Under the pieces are notes generated by a model. It was not told the origin of the DNA. It ran no database searches and saw nothing but the letters and a program-made list of their open reading frames with translations. The position numbers and the translations under genes are program-made. From the NCBI GenBank assembly GCA_963737905.1, contig CAVTUQ010000026.1, positions 128,001 to 192,000 of the forward strand: 64,000 bases of DNA. The letters run 5' to 3'. Below are positions 49,444 through 61,036 of the stretch, piece after piece; the stretch's first letter is position 1; every line of letters starts with the position of its first letter. This DNA comes from an uncultured delta proteobacterium. Its GTDB lineage: Bacteria; Desulfobacterota; Binatia; UBA9968.

Positions 49444-52400
49444 GTGAAGAGGGTCTATTCATCGTTAGCTGTCATTTCTTGCATAGTCCTCTCGAGGGTA
49501 TGCGTCTACTCCGCTGTGTCTCCTACGGCAATAACCTGTGACCCATGGGTTGCAAGAATGGTTTCAGTCCAGGGGAACGTCGAGGTCAGACGGGCGAACC
49601 AGACACAGTGGCAGCCGGCTCACTTGAACGACACCTACTGTAGCGGCGATCGGATTCAGGTGGGAGAGAGAAGCCGAGCCAACGTCGCCCTGGTCAACCA
49701 GCCAATTATCCGTCTCGACCAGAACACCACGATCACTTTCGGAGGAGTGAGAGAAGAACGCACTTCTCTGATCGAGCTGCTTAGGGGAGCGCTTTATTTC
49801 TTCAGCCGTTTACCGCGGAACCTGGAAGTGCGTACCGCTTTCGTCAATGCCGGTGTGGAAGGGACCGAAGGCTTGGTTAGAGTTGAAGCGGACAGGACCT
49901 TTCTATCGATTTTCGAAGGGAGCGTGCTGGCTACGAACCAGGCCGGGAGTCTCACACTCACCAGCGGCCAGTCAGCAGTCGCCGAACAAGGCAGAGCCCC
50001 CACATTAACTGTGGTGGTGCGTCCTCGAGATGCCGTCCAATGGGCGTTGTACTATCCACCCACGCTCTTTTTTCGCCCTGAGGAATTCCCCGCGGGCCCC
50101 GGTTGGGAAGGAATGGTTCGAAGCTCCATCGAGGCTTACATGAAAGGTGATTTAGAGGCAGCCTTCGAAAGCATCAAGGGAGTTCCGGATACTATCAGCG
50201 AACCACGGTTTTTTGTCTACCGTGCCTCGTTGCTGCTGGCGGTGGGGCGGGTCGATGAGGCAAGCAAGGACATCGAGCGCGCACTGAGTTTAAGCCCGAA
50301 CTACAGTGATGCATTTGCGCTGCAATCCGTTATTGCCGTGGTACAAAACGAAAGAGAGAAAGCACTGGACATCGCAAGAAAAGCTGTTGAAGCTGATCCA
50401 AAATCCGCCGCGGCACTGATCGCCCTTTCCTATGCGCAGCAGGCAAATTTCGACCTCGAAGGCGCACTGGAGAGCCTGAAGCAAGCGGTGCAAGTAAACC
50501 CGAATAACGCCCTGGCTTGGGCTAGGTTGTCTGAGCTTCATCTCTCCTTCGCGCGACTAGATGAGGCCCTCGAAGCGGCCCAGAGGGCCGTGGCCCTCGA
50601 TCCAAACCTCGCAAGGACACAGACAGTTCTGGGATTTGCCTACCTGACGCAGGTCAATATAACAGAGTCAAAGAGGGCCTTCGAAAGGTCGATTGAGCTT
50701 GATCAGGCATACTATCTCGCGAGACTAGGTCTGGGTCTCGCGAAGATCCGAGAGGGTGATTTGCCTGAGGGAAGAAGAGAGATCGAAATTGCTGCAAGTC
50801 TGGACCCAAACAACTCCCTTGTCCGCAGCTATCTGGGCAAAGCCTACTACGAGGAGAAACGCATACCTTTGGATCAGCGCGAGTATGCGATCGCCAAGGA
50901 ACTGGACCCGAACGACCCAACACCGTGGTTCTACGATGCAATTGCCAAACAGACCACGAACCGGCCGGTTGAGGCGTTACAGAATATGGATAAAGCCATC
51001 GAACTGAACGACAATCGGTTGGTTTACCGGTCACGCCTGTTGCTCGATTCAGATCTGGCTGCGCGAAGCGCAGCACTTGGCCAGATCTACAACGATCTCG
51101 GTTTCCAGCAGCTTGGCCTGGTAGAAGGATGGAAATCCGTTAACACCGATCCAACCAACTTTTCCGCTCACCGATTGCTGGCCGATACATACGCGACTCT
51201 GCCGCGGCACGAGATCGCCAGGGTCAGTGAGTTGTTCCAGTCCCAACTGCTTCAGCCCATCAACATCACACCCATTCAGCCCCGGCTCGCTGAGAGCAAC
51301 CTCTTCCTCATTAGTTCCTCTGGCCCTGCGCGATTGTCCTTCAACGAGTTCAATCCCCTGTTTACCCGGAATGGAATTTCGTTCCAGACGACCGGCCTTG
51401 CCGGTGAAAATAGTACGTATGGCGGGGAAGGTGTTCTCTCTGGGATCTACAATAAGGCATCTTTCAGCCTTGGCGGTTTTCACTTTCAAACGGACGGATG
51501 GCGAACCAATGCTGACCAGAAGGACTCCATCGGTAACGCCTTCTTGCAATTTGAGCTCTCCCCGAAAACAAGCGCACAGGCTGAATTTCGGCAAAGAGAT
51601 ACAAATCAAGGCGATGTCCGACAAAGATTCTTCCCTGAGGATTTCTTTCCTGGCTTAACAGACAAAGTCGATAGTTTCAGCATACGTTTTAGCGGCCGTC
51701 ACTCGTTCTCGCCGGATTCGATCATGCTCGGCTCAGTTACGTTTCAAGACAGAGATCAAAGAGTAAGAGATGAATCGCCCCCTTCTCCTTTTCTTACTTT
51801 CACTGACACTAAACGTCCTCAGAATGCTGTTAGTGTGGAGCTTCAACACCTATTCCGTTCGCGCTACTTTAATCTTACAAGCGGTGCGGGATACTTCGAC
51901 ATCAGTGAAAAACTCCGAACGATGGCAGGAACAATTTTGCCACCTCCTTTTGATTTTAGTTCAGCAACCCTAAATACAGGCGTCCAACACGTCAATGCCT
52001 ATGCGTATGCCAATATCAACTTACCAAAAAGTGTGATTGTTACGACCGGGATAAGTTTTGACTATTTGAAGGGCGATTCGGTCTTCATTCCAGGGGGCGA
52101 TCAAACCCAATTCAATCCGAAATTCGGAATTACGTGGAATCCGCTCCCAGGGACGACACTTCGTGCGGCTGCGTTTAGGGTCTTAAAGAGAACGCTCATC
52201 ACAGACCAGACGCTTGAGCCAACCCAGGTCGCTGGATTCAATCAGTTCTTCGATGATCCTGAAGTAACAGAAGCATGGCGATACGGGGCGGCTGTCGATC
52301 AGAATAGTTACGAAGAACTTGTTTGGAGGCGCGGAATTTTCCACAAGAGATTCGGAGATTCCTCTAGTTGATGTTTCAGGTCCCGCTCCCGTAACCCGAA

Positions 52401-52846
52401 AACTTGACGGCAAAGAGTATTTCAGCCGCGCGTATCTTTTTTATCTACCCCATGAATGGCTGGCACTGAGAGCGGAATACATATTTGAACGATTTAAGAA
52501 CGATCGGTTGCTAGAAGAGCCGATCAGATTGAACACACATCGCGTTCCTTTGGGGATCAATTTTTTTCACCCTTCCGGATGGAGCGCGTCCCTGACGGCC
52601 ACTTACTATAGCCAAGACGGCAAATTTGTAAGACTTGCAACCGGCCTTGATCAGTCGGCGAGTGATGACTTTTGGACGGTCGATGCTGCAATCACGTATC
52701 GCCTGCCACAGCGCTATGGTTTCGTTACAGTTGGCGCGACGAATCTTTTTGACAAAAAATTCAAGTTTTTTGAGGCGGACCGCAACAACACAAACATACA
52801 ACCGAACAGAATAGGCTTTCTTAAACTAACACTGGCGCTACCGTAA
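49444..52846 (+). CDS. FecR + TPR repeats + outer-membrane beta-barrel (TonB-dependent receptor-like); one frameshift near 52305
   Basis: FecR (IRLDQNT, VRTAFVNAGVEGTE), multiple TPRs and amphipathic strands. ORF 52319-52846 supplies the barrel C-terminus (VDAAITYR, GATNLFD). Confidence 0.85.
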
Positions 52847-52996
52847 ATCAGCAACTTTTCGAAGCAACGTAACAAGATGGACCATTCGTCTTCGAAAAGC
52901 GCCAGCAAGGGTGCCATGGAAAAGAATATTAATCCCTCGGGCAGCTAAAGCGCGCGAGAGCGAGCACCAATGGCAAAGAAGGCAAAAACCTTTAGC

Positions 52997-53230
52997 TCAA
53001 CAGTATCTAACGGGCATACCATTGATCCAGTAAATGCATCCGGCTTTTGAATGATTAAAAAGTAGTGAGCCGATATATCTGAACCCATCCTTACTATTGT
53101 AAAGATCGTCAAAGTCTTTTTTGGAAATCGCTTCTTTCTTCGCGCCATTTGTTGGTACTACACTAACAACTTTGCCAGTATCAATTTCGACAGTAATTAC
53201 CAACAGTTTCTTTTCAGATCCTTGGGGCAT
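52997..53230 (-). CDS. 77 aa hypothetical protein ending in GCIYWINGMPVRYC
   Basis: AAAGGAG RBS with normal spacing; AT-rich ORF. Confidence 0.6.
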   Translation of the reverse strand: MPQGSEKKLLVITVEIDTGKVVSVVPTNGAKKEAISKKDFDDLYNSKDGFRYIGSLLFNHSKAGCIYWINGMPVRYC

Positions 53231-53649
53231 TGTAAATAACTCCTTTCTATCCTAGAGAATCAAACTTGGTCATGAGCGCTTGACTATCAGCCACGGCCTG
53301 CTTTCTCAGTATGGGATCACAAGCCTACCGCTGCTCAAACCACTCCCCTGGACAAGCTTACGGCTCAAAGCTATTTAGGAAAAATTAAGGCCAACTCATA
53401 GTGGCAGGACTTTATTCACCGACGCGGTTCTTGTCAAGTAATTTTTGAGAGTGTGTTGCTCTTTTAAGAGCGTGTTGTCATTTCTAAGAGCGAATCTCCG
53501 CAGAGAATCAGAACCTGCAGCAAAGCGGTGATTTTACACAGTTATCTAAACCATTACATTATGAGGAAATGCTTCAACTGCTTTGGGCGATTTCTCTTTT
53601 ACTGAACTCAGTGAACACCTTGACAGAGTGAGTCTGGGCGCCCAGACCT

Positions 53650-53750
53650 AGCCATCCTTGGAAACTTCGTCGTTCGGAAAATTTTGTTTTTTGTTTGTTT
53701 CCACCACTTTTCCGTAGGGCCTCTTCAAGAAGTTGTCTCCGGTATTTGAC
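53650..53750 (-). pseudogene. Fis-type HTH remnant of a sigma-54 activator
   Basis: KYRRQLLEEALRKSGGNKQK parallels DYRRELIEKTLAQTQGNRAE at the end of 44406-45758. Confidence 0.45.
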
Positions 53751-53936
53751 ATCCCACCGACCGAGGCGACCAGCGTTTATAGTGAGGCACAGCATCAATA
53801 TTGTAATGACCCTTTAACTTGCTTTTGGTCCGGCCCAGTAATATACACTCGTTTGTCTATCGCCTTCGATATGCTCCCATAAGTTCGGCTTAATGGAATT
53901 GGGTACCATGCGACCCATTTGGGATTGATTCCCGTT

Positions 53937-56900
53937 ATGATTTGTACGCAATGCCAGTCCGAGAATTCGTTCACCGCGATCTTTTGCGACCACTGTGGGG
54001 CTCGTCTTGAGGCGGCTTGTCCTAAGTGTGGCGAGCCCAATCGGCAAGGAGCCAAGTTTTGTCGAAACTGTGGGCAACTCATAAATCACACAGCAGAAGC
54101 AGTCCCGGCTATGGTTTCTGCGGTACCGTCACCGGAGACCTATGTCCCTAAACACCTCGCTGAAAAGATATTGGCCTCGCGCGACTCTCTAGAAGGAGAA
54201 CGAAAGCAGGTCACTGTTCTATTTGCCGACATACGCGGGTCGACCAGCCTCGTGGAGGGGCTCGATCCAGAAGAGGCACAGAAAATTATTGACCCGGTCT
54301 TGAATGTCATGATGGACGCGGTTCATCGTTATGAGGGTACCGTCAACCAGGTGTTAGGGGATGGAATCATGGCGCTTTTTGGCGCGCCGTTGGCGCACGA
54401 GGATCACGCCTTGCGCGCCTGTTATGCCGCCCTGGCGATGCAGGAAGAAATGCGGCGGTATCGAAGAAAACTCGGGCAGTCGGAGGAATTGGGGTTACAA
54501 ATCGGGATCGGTTTGAACTCCGGCGAAGTTGTGGTGCGTTCTATCAGTAACGATCTCAATGTTGACTATTCCGCTTTGGGCCATACAACGCACCTAGCGG
54601 CTAGGATGCAGGAACTTGCAGCGGGTGGAACTACTTTGATGACGGCCTCGACTTTGCGGCAGGTGGAGGGATTCGTTCAAGTAAAATCGGTTGGCGCGGT
54701 GCAAGTAAAAGGTGTTTCTCGACCCGTTGAGGCCTTCGAAGTCGTCGCCGCCACGACGGCGCGGACTCGTGTACAGGCGGCGGCCCTGCGCGGGCTGACG
54801 CCATTAGTCGGACGCCGCACCGAAATCGAAGTTTTCAGCAAACTTGTTGAAGAGGCGGCATCTGGCAAGGGCCAAATCTTAGCGATGGTTGGCGAGCCAG
54901 GCATGGGGAAATCGCGCTTGGTCCACGAATTTGCTCGCCATCAGTTACGCCCGAGTTGGCTAGTGTTGGAGGGCGCATCGGTTTCCTACGGTAAGGCGAC
55001 TCCTTATTTCCCGCTTATCGAGATGTTGCGTCACTACTTTCAAATCGTCGATGGAGAAGGCAGCGAAAACATCCGAGACCAAGTGGTGATGCATATTTTA
55101 GAACTCGATAATATGCTAAAGGATGCGGTCCCACCGATCCTTTCGTTGCTGGATGCGATGCCGGATGAAAAAATGACTTCGCCGGCGGATGGGCATAATG
55201 GGTTAGTCCGGCTGCAAGAAATCGGCGAAATGATCAAACATTTCCACTCGATGGATCCCCAGCAGCGCCGCCGCCATACTCTGGACGCAGTGAAGCGGGT
55301 GCTCATCCGTGAGAGTCAACGGCAGCCGCTGCTAGTCGTTTTTGAGGACCTGCATTGGATCGATAGCGAAACCCAGGCATTTCTTGATAGCTTTATAGAA
55401 AGTCTGCCGAAGACGCGTCTCCTTCTACTCGTCGATTACCGGCCCGAGTACAGCCATGGCTGGGGCGATAAAAGCTATTACACGCAACTTCGCGTCGACC
55501 CATTGCAGCCGACCAGCGCAGAAGAGTTGTTACAACACCTCGTGGGAACCAATAAAGACTTGGTTCCGCTGAAAGAACTGTTAATTCATCGAACTGAAGG
55601 AAATCCTTTTTTCGCAGAGGAGAGCGTACGGTCTCTTGTGGAAGTTGGAGTTCTGGTCGGTGAGAAGGGTGCGTACCGGCCGGGTTTGATAATCGATGAG
55701 ATCCGGATTCCGAGCACCGTGCAAAGTGTCGTAGCGGATCGTGTCGATCGCTTGCCGATCGAGGAAAAGCACCTCCTGCAGACGGCTGCTGTTATTGGTA
55801 TCGTTGTACCTTTACCTTTGCTCCGCGCGGTTGCTGATCTCACCGAGGGCGACTTACGTCGTTATCTCGCCAATCTTCAGGAGGCTGAATTTCTCTATGA
55901 GACCAACCTCTTTCCAGAGTTGGAATATACTTTTAAGCATGCGCTCACCAACGAAGTTGTTTACGGCGCGCTTCTGCATGAACGTCGAACCGCCTTGCAT
56001 GCGCGTGTGTGTCGCGCCTTTGAGGAAGTCACAGGCGACCGGCTCTACGATCATATTGAGCAGCTCGCGCACCATGCCTTCTGTGGCGAGTTGTGGGAAA
56101 GGGCCGTGTCATTCCAGCGCCAGGCCGGCGCTAAAGCGTTGATGCGATCGGCCAATGTCGAGGCGGTGTTGTTTTTTGAGCGAGCTCTCGTTGCGCTTAA
56201 AAAATGGCCCGATAGCCGCAAGAAGTCGGAACAAGCTGTGGATCTTCGCTTGGAGCTCCGTAACGCACTTTTTTTGCTTGGTGAGTTTGACCGGCTCTAT
56301 CATTATCTCAAAGAAGCCGAGACCTTCGCGGAGACCCTGGGTGATCAACGGAGATTGGGTAGCGTACTTAATTTCATGATCTCCTACTTCGTGTTGATGG
56401 GAAATCACCAACGGGCGACGGAGATCGCCCAACGCGCGCTCAATGTTGGCGACCATGACATGTCCCTCGATGTCGTAACCCATTACTATCTAGGTGTTGC
56501 TTGCCATCATATGGGCAGGTATCGCGACTCCATGTCCGTTTTGACCCGGGCGATTGCTAACGTAGATAATGCGAACCTACGGTACGAGCGGTTTGGTACG
56601 GCCAACATTATCTCCGTCATTTGCCGCGTTTGGAAGGTTCAATGTCTCGCTCAGCTCGGTGCGTTTCAAGACGGCTTACTCAATGCGCGCGAAGCGATCC
56701 AGATCGCCGAGGAGTCTAAGCACCCCTATAGTCTTGCCTATGCGCGTTGCAGCCAAGGCCTATTGTTACTTGTCCAGGGAGAGATCGATGAGGCCATGCG
56801 GGTCTTGGAGGAATGCACAAAATTCTGCCAGCTCGCGGAAATCCGAGTTCTGTTTCCCCAGGTCGCTTCTTATCTGGGTCTTGCGTATGCGTTATCAGGG

Positions 56901-57383
56901 CGACTTGATAAAGCGTTACCGTTAATGGAAAAAGCTGACGAGGAAACCGGGCTTATCGGTAGGAAAGCCGGGCAGTCTCTGCGCATCGCCTGGCATGGCT
57001 ACGCCAACCTTCTCGCGGGGCGGATCGACGAGGCAGAAAAACTTGCCCAAAGGGCATTCGAATTATCTCAAGAGTCCAATGAAGAGGGGCATCATGCATG
57101 GACCCTTAAACTACTGGGTGATATTGCCGCGAGTAAGAAATCGACGGACAATCAGGCTGAAATCTACTATGGCCAAGCTTCGGCTTTGTCGAGGAAACTC
57201 GAAATGATTCCGCTTCAAGCCCATTCATCTTTGGCGCTAGGACAGTTCTATTTTCACAACGGCGATGCCACACGGTCCCGTGACGAATTGGCACGAGCGC
57301 TTGGGTTGTACCGGGAATCAAAGATGAGATTTTGGCAGACCCGTGTCGAAGCGGCACTTGATGAATTGTCGCGTACCTTATAG
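53937..57383 (+). CDS. Double zinc ribbon + class III cyclase + AAA/STAND ATPase + TPR protein
   Basis: Four CxxC, LFADIRGST, GDGIMALFGAP, GEPGMGKSRL, FEDLHWID, GNPFF, TPR tail. Confidence 0.93.
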   Translation: MICTQCQSENSFTAIFCDHCGARLEAACPKCGEPNRQGAKFCRNCGQLINHTAEAVPAMVSAVPSPETYVPKHLAEKILASRDSLEGERKQVTVLFADIRGSTSLVEGLDPEEAQKIIDPVLNVMMDAVHRYEGTVNQVLGDGIMALFGAPLAHEDHALRACYAALAMQEEMRRYRRKLGQSEELGLQIGIGLNSGEVVVRSISNDLNVDYSALGHTTHLAARMQELAAGGTTLMTASTLRQVEGFVQVKSVGAVQVKGVSRPVEAFEVVAATTARTRVQAAALRGLTPLVGRRTEIEVFSKLVEEAASGKGQILAMVGEPGMGKSRLVHEFARHQLRPSWLVLEGASVSYGKATPYFPLIEMLRHYFQIVDGEGSENIRDQVVMHILELDNMLKDAVPPILSLLDAMPDEKMTSPADGHNGLVRLQEIGEMIKHFHSMDPQQRRRHTLDAVKRVLIRESQRQPLLVVFEDLHWIDSETQAFLDSFIESLPKTRLLLLVDYRPEYSHGWGDKSYYTQLRVDPLQPTSAEELLQHLVGTNKDLVPLKELLIHRTEGNPFFAEESVRSLVEVGVLVGEKGAYRPGLIIDEIRIPSTVQSVVADRVDRLPIEEKHLLQTAAVIGIVVPLPLLRAVADLTEGDLRRYLANLQEAEFLYETNLFPELEYTFKHALTNEVVYGALLHERRTALHARVCRAFEEVTGDRLYDHIEQLAHHAFCGELWERAVSFQRQAGAKALMRSANVEAVLFFERALVALKKWPDSRKKSEQAVDLRLELRNALFLLGEFDRLYHYLKEAETFAETLGDQRRLGSVLNFMISYFVLMGNHQRATEIAQRALNVGDHDMSLDVVTHYYLGVACHHMGRYRDSMSVLTRAIANVDNANLRYERFGTANIISVICRVWKVQCLAQLGAFQDGLLNAREAIQIAEESKHPYSLAYARCSQGLLLLVQGEIDEAMRVLEECTKFCQLAEIRVLFPQVASYLGLAYALSGRLDKALPLMEKADEETGLIGRKAGQSLRIAWHGYANLLAGRIDEAEKLAQRAFELSQESNEEGHHAWTLKLLGDIAASKKSTDNQAEIYYGQASALSRKLEMIPLQAHSSLALGQFYFHNGDATRSRDELARALGLYRESKMRFWQTRVEAALDELSRTL

Positions 57384-57478
57384 ACGCCAAAAGTGCAGAG
57401 ATTCGCTGGAACACCCAAGCAATAAGTCACGATTGAGTTAGCCCCGAAGAGGAAGCGGCTGCCGCGGACTTTTTCGAG

Positions 57479-59146
57479 ATGAAAGAGACCCCAATGCTGG
57501 AGGCTACCATGAGTCCAGTGCCTGCTCGTGATCTTCGCGCCCATATTGAAGCGTTGGATCAACGCGGGTTGCTAGTGCGCGTTAAGCACCCTATCAACAA
57601 AGATACCGAACTCCACCCATTGGTTCGCTTGCAATTTCGCGGTCTGCCGGAACCGGCACGCAAAGCCTTTTTGTTCGAAAACGTCCATGACTCTCGCGGG
57701 GAAAAGTTCTCAATACCTGTTCTAGTAGGCGGCTTGGCCGCATCCGAGGAAATATATGCGCTCGGACTTCAATGTCGCAGAAATGAAATTGCTGATCGAT
57801 GGCAAAAAGCCTTATCTCACACTATCAAGCCCGAACTGATCAAAACGGGTAAGGTTAAAGAGGTGATTCATAGGGGTAAAGCCCTTCTTGATCATCGCGG
57901 TCTAGAAGAGTTTCCCATTCCAAACTCCACGCCCGGTTTCGATAACGCGCCCTATATCACAGCGGCCTGTTGGATAACCAAGGATCCGGAGAGTGGCGAG
58001 CGCAACATGGGGATGTACAGGGCCCAAATCAAGGGCCCGCTTAGGACCGGTATTTATCTTACTGACGGAAACAATACGGCGGCCAATTGGGCTAAGGCAC
58101 GCGCCCAGAGCAAACCGCTCGAAGCTGCCGCTGTGATCGGAGGGCCGGTGGCCGTTGCATATGCAGCGATCCAAACCGCACCTTACGGCGTTGACGAGCT
58201 GGCAATTGCCGGTGCCCTCGTCGAGTCTCCGATCCCTTTAGTCAAGGCGGAAACCGTCGACTTGGAGGTCCCCGCTGACGCAGAAATTGTGATTGAAGGA
58301 TTGATCCACACTGATGCATTGGAGCCGGAGGGATCCTTTGGCGAGTCCCATGGATATTCTGATCCCCGTACTCTGTCTCCTTATTTTGAAGTGACCGCGA
58401 TTACACACCGACAAAAACCCATCTGGGTTTCGATCATTAGCCAGCTCACTCCAAGTGAAAGCAGCAAGACCAAACAAACGGCTTACGAAACTTTTTGCCT
58501 GAGACTATTACGAGATCACCACGGCTTCAGAGGCGTTCACCAAGTGCGTCTTTGCGAACCGCTGCTAAATCGGCAGTACGCCGTCGTCAGCATGAGCAAG
58601 AGCAATAATGTTGAACCTTGGGACGCCATGTATGCCTTGCTTGGGACCAAGGCTAAAGCCAAGTTCATCGTCGCAGTCGATACGGACATTGATCCTGACG
58701 ATCCTTTAGCGGTCAACTGGGCAATCGTGAATCGTTGTCAGCCGCACCGCGACGTGCGCATCGTTCAGCCGAGGCCGTTGCCGCACGGGCCGCTAAACTT
58801 CCTAGCAGATGGTCATAACTACGACGTCGTAGATTCCGCGTTGCTCATTGATGCAACCATGAAGGGAAAGTTTCCACCTATTTCTTTGCCCGGGCGGGAA
58901 TACATGGAACGCGCTCTGGATATTTGGCGGGAAATTAATCTGCCTCCGTTAGACTTAAAAAATCCTTGGTACGGTTACTCGTTAGGACTGTGGAGTGACG
59001 AGAGCGATCACGAGGCTAGACTTGCAACAAAGGGAGAATATTACGAGACCGGCGAGAAGCTTATCAGCCGGCGCGTGACCTCCCCCCTGGGCAGTACGTT
59101 GGCGGACATTCGCCGCAGGTTTCGAGGTTCTGACCCGCGCGAATGA
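57479..59146 (+). CDS. UbiD family (de)carboxylase
   Basis: RNMGMYR, VPADAEIVIEG, EGSFGESHGY, VDTDIDP, LLIDAT. The start may be at 57509. Confidence 0.9.
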   Translation: MKETPMLEATMSPVPARDLRAHIEALDQRGLLVRVKHPINKDTELHPLVRLQFRGLPEPARKAFLFENVHDSRGEKFSIPVLVGGLAASEEIYALGLQCRRNEIADRWQKALSHTIKPELIKTGKVKEVIHRGKALLDHRGLEEFPIPNSTPGFDNAPYITAACWITKDPESGERNMGMYRAQIKGPLRTGIYLTDGNNTAANWAKARAQSKPLEAAAVIGGPVAVAYAAIQTAPYGVDELAIAGALVESPIPLVKAETVDLEVPADAEIVIEGLIHTDALEPEGSFGESHGYSDPRTLSPYFEVTAITHRQKPIWVSIISQLTPSESSKTKQTAYETFCLRLLRDHHGFRGVHQVRLCEPLLNRQYAVVSMSKSNNVEPWDAMYALLGTKAKAKFIVAVDTDIDPDDPLAVNWAIVNRCQPHRDVRIVQPRPLPHGPLNFLADGHNYDVVDSALLIDATMKGKFPPISLPGREYMERALDIWREINLPPLDLKNPWYGYSLGLWSDESDHEARLATKGEYYETGEKLISRRVTSPLGSTLADIRRRFRGSDPRE

Positions 59147-59167
59147 TTTGTAATCCTTAACTCGCTC

Positions 59168-61036
59168 ATGGTAGACCGTCTGCAGGACGTTGCGCGTAGC
59201 ATAATCGGAGCCATGCGACTTTCCCCAGATTCTTTCACCGAGTTCAAGAGGGAGGCGATCGAGCAGTCGCTTACGGCGAGGTTCGAACACCAGGTTCGAC
59301 AGAATGCGGATCGCTCCGCAGTAATTACACCCGGTGAGACGCTGACTTATAACGATCTCAACCGCATGGCTAACCGAATAGCCAATGTGATCTTGGAGCG
59401 GCATGGGGAAGGGCAAGAGCCCGTCGCGATCATTGTGTCCAATGATGCGACATCCATCGCTGGAATCCTCGGTGTGTTGAAGGCGGGCAAAATATGCGTG
59501 CCTGTGGATGCAGGTCTGCCCGCGGCGCGAGCGAAAGCCATCATCACTGATTCACAGGCTGGCCTAATCGTTACCGGCGGCAAATATGTCCCACTCGCTC
59601 AAGCCTCAGGCTCAGTCACCCACGAAATCATAAACCTGAACGAACTTAAGCCCGACTTACCTGACCATAATCCGTCGGTGCCGATTGCTCCAACGGACTT
59701 GGCCCATATCATCTATACTTCAGGATCAACTAGCGAACCCAAAGGTGTCATCGACATTCACCGTAACGTGCTTCATCACGTGATGGTCGTCACTAACAGT
59801 TCCCGTTACTGTAGGGAAGATCGTATGACCCTGGTCCGAGCGCCAAGCAGCACGGGAGGGTTGGCGAATGTCTATTCGGCGCTGCTCAATGGTGCCTGTC
59901 TTTTCCCGTTCGACGTGCAGAACAAGAGCGTGGCCCAGTTAACGTCTTTGCTGATTGAGAACAACATAACGGTCTACCATTCGAGTGCGACGGTCTTCCG
60001 TCATTTTGTTCAAACCTTGGAGAAAAAGGATGAGTTCCCGCATTTGCGGCTCATCAGATTGGGGAGCGAGCAAGTCACCAAGAATGAATTTCAGAGATTC
60101 CAACAGCACTTCTCTTCCGAGTGTATCTTGGTGAACGCGCTTTCATGCACAGAAGCAATCACTTTCTGCCAAAATTTCTTGAATAAAGACTCGGTGGTGG
60201 CTGGTGAGACCGTCTCGGTTGGTTACGCGGTGCCGGACATGGACATTTTGTTGCTGGATGATATGGGAGAGACCATAGAACGTGGCGATTCCGGCGAGAT
60301 CGCTATCCGGAGTGAGTTTCTTTCCCCCGGCTATTGGGGAAAACCTGAGCTGACCCGCAAGGTATTTTTACAACGGGCGGGAGATGATGGTCACCGTGTA
60401 TATTTAACCGGCGATATGGGTCGAATGAATGCAGATGGCTGTCTTGAGCACATCGGTCGCAAAGATTTTCAAATCAAAGTCCGCGGCCACAGAGTCAATA
60501 CCGATGAGATCGAAATCATGCTCCTCACAGTTCCTTACATCAAAGAGGCGGCGGTTGTGGGACGCGAGAGTATGGCCGGCGATAGGCGCTTGATCGCTTA
60601 TCTTGTCTTCAAGGCCGAATTGAGTGCCACGGCCAGTCAACTCCGCGATTCGTTGTCTGAAAAACTCCCCAGGTATATGATTCCTTCAACCTTCGTCGTT
60701 TTGGATGCATTACCGCTGACTGCGAATGGTAAGATCGACCGGCGAGCACTTCCCGAGCCGCCGGTATCGAGGCCGGCACTGGACATCCCTTTCGTCGTGC
60801 CACGTAGCATGGTCGAAGAAACACTTTCGCGGATTTGGTCCGAGCTTCTTGAAGTAGACCAGTGCGGGATCGACGATAACTTTTTTGACCTAGGGGGCGA
60901 TTCTCTGCTCGCCGGCCGCGTCGTTGCCAGGGTGAATCACCACTTCCACACCAAGATAGCCATAAGCGATTTTTTCGAGTCGGCCACAGTCGCGAAGCTA
61001 AGTCGTATTGTGATGGAAACTACGCAGGCGCGCTGA
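59168..61036 (+). CDS. NRPS loading module: adenylation + carrier (T) domain
   Basis: YTSGSTSEPKG, GEIAI, YLTGD, GRKDFQIKVRG, LPLTANGKIDR, FFDLGGDSL. Confidence 0.92.
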   Translation: MVDRLQDVARSIIGAMRLSPDSFTEFKREAIEQSLTARFEHQVRQNADRSAVITPGETLTYNDLNRMANRIANVILERHGEGQEPVAIIVSNDATSIAGILGVLKAGKICVPVDAGLPAARAKAIITDSQAGLIVTGGKYVPLAQASGSVTHEIINLNELKPDLPDHNPSVPIAPTDLAHIIYTSGSTSEPKGVIDIHRNVLHHVMVVTNSSRYCREDRMTLVRAPSSTGGLANVYSALLNGACLFPFDVQNKSVAQLTSLLIENNITVYHSSATVFRHFVQTLEKKDEFPHLRLIRLGSEQVTKNEFQRFQQHFSSECILVNALSCTEAITFCQNFLNKDSVVAGETVSVGYAVPDMDILLLDDMGETIERGDSGEIAIRSEFLSPGYWGKPELTRKVFLQRAGDDGHRVYLTGDMGRMNADGCLEHIGRKDFQIKVRGHRVNTDEIEIMLLTVPYIKEAAVVGRESMAGDRRLIAYLVFKAELSATASQLRDSLSEKLPRYMIPSTFVVLDALPLTANGKIDRRALPEPPVSRPALDIPFVVPRSMVEETLSRIWSELLEVDQCGIDDNFFDLGGDSLLAGRVVARVNHHFHTKIAISDFFESATVAKLSRIVMETTQAR

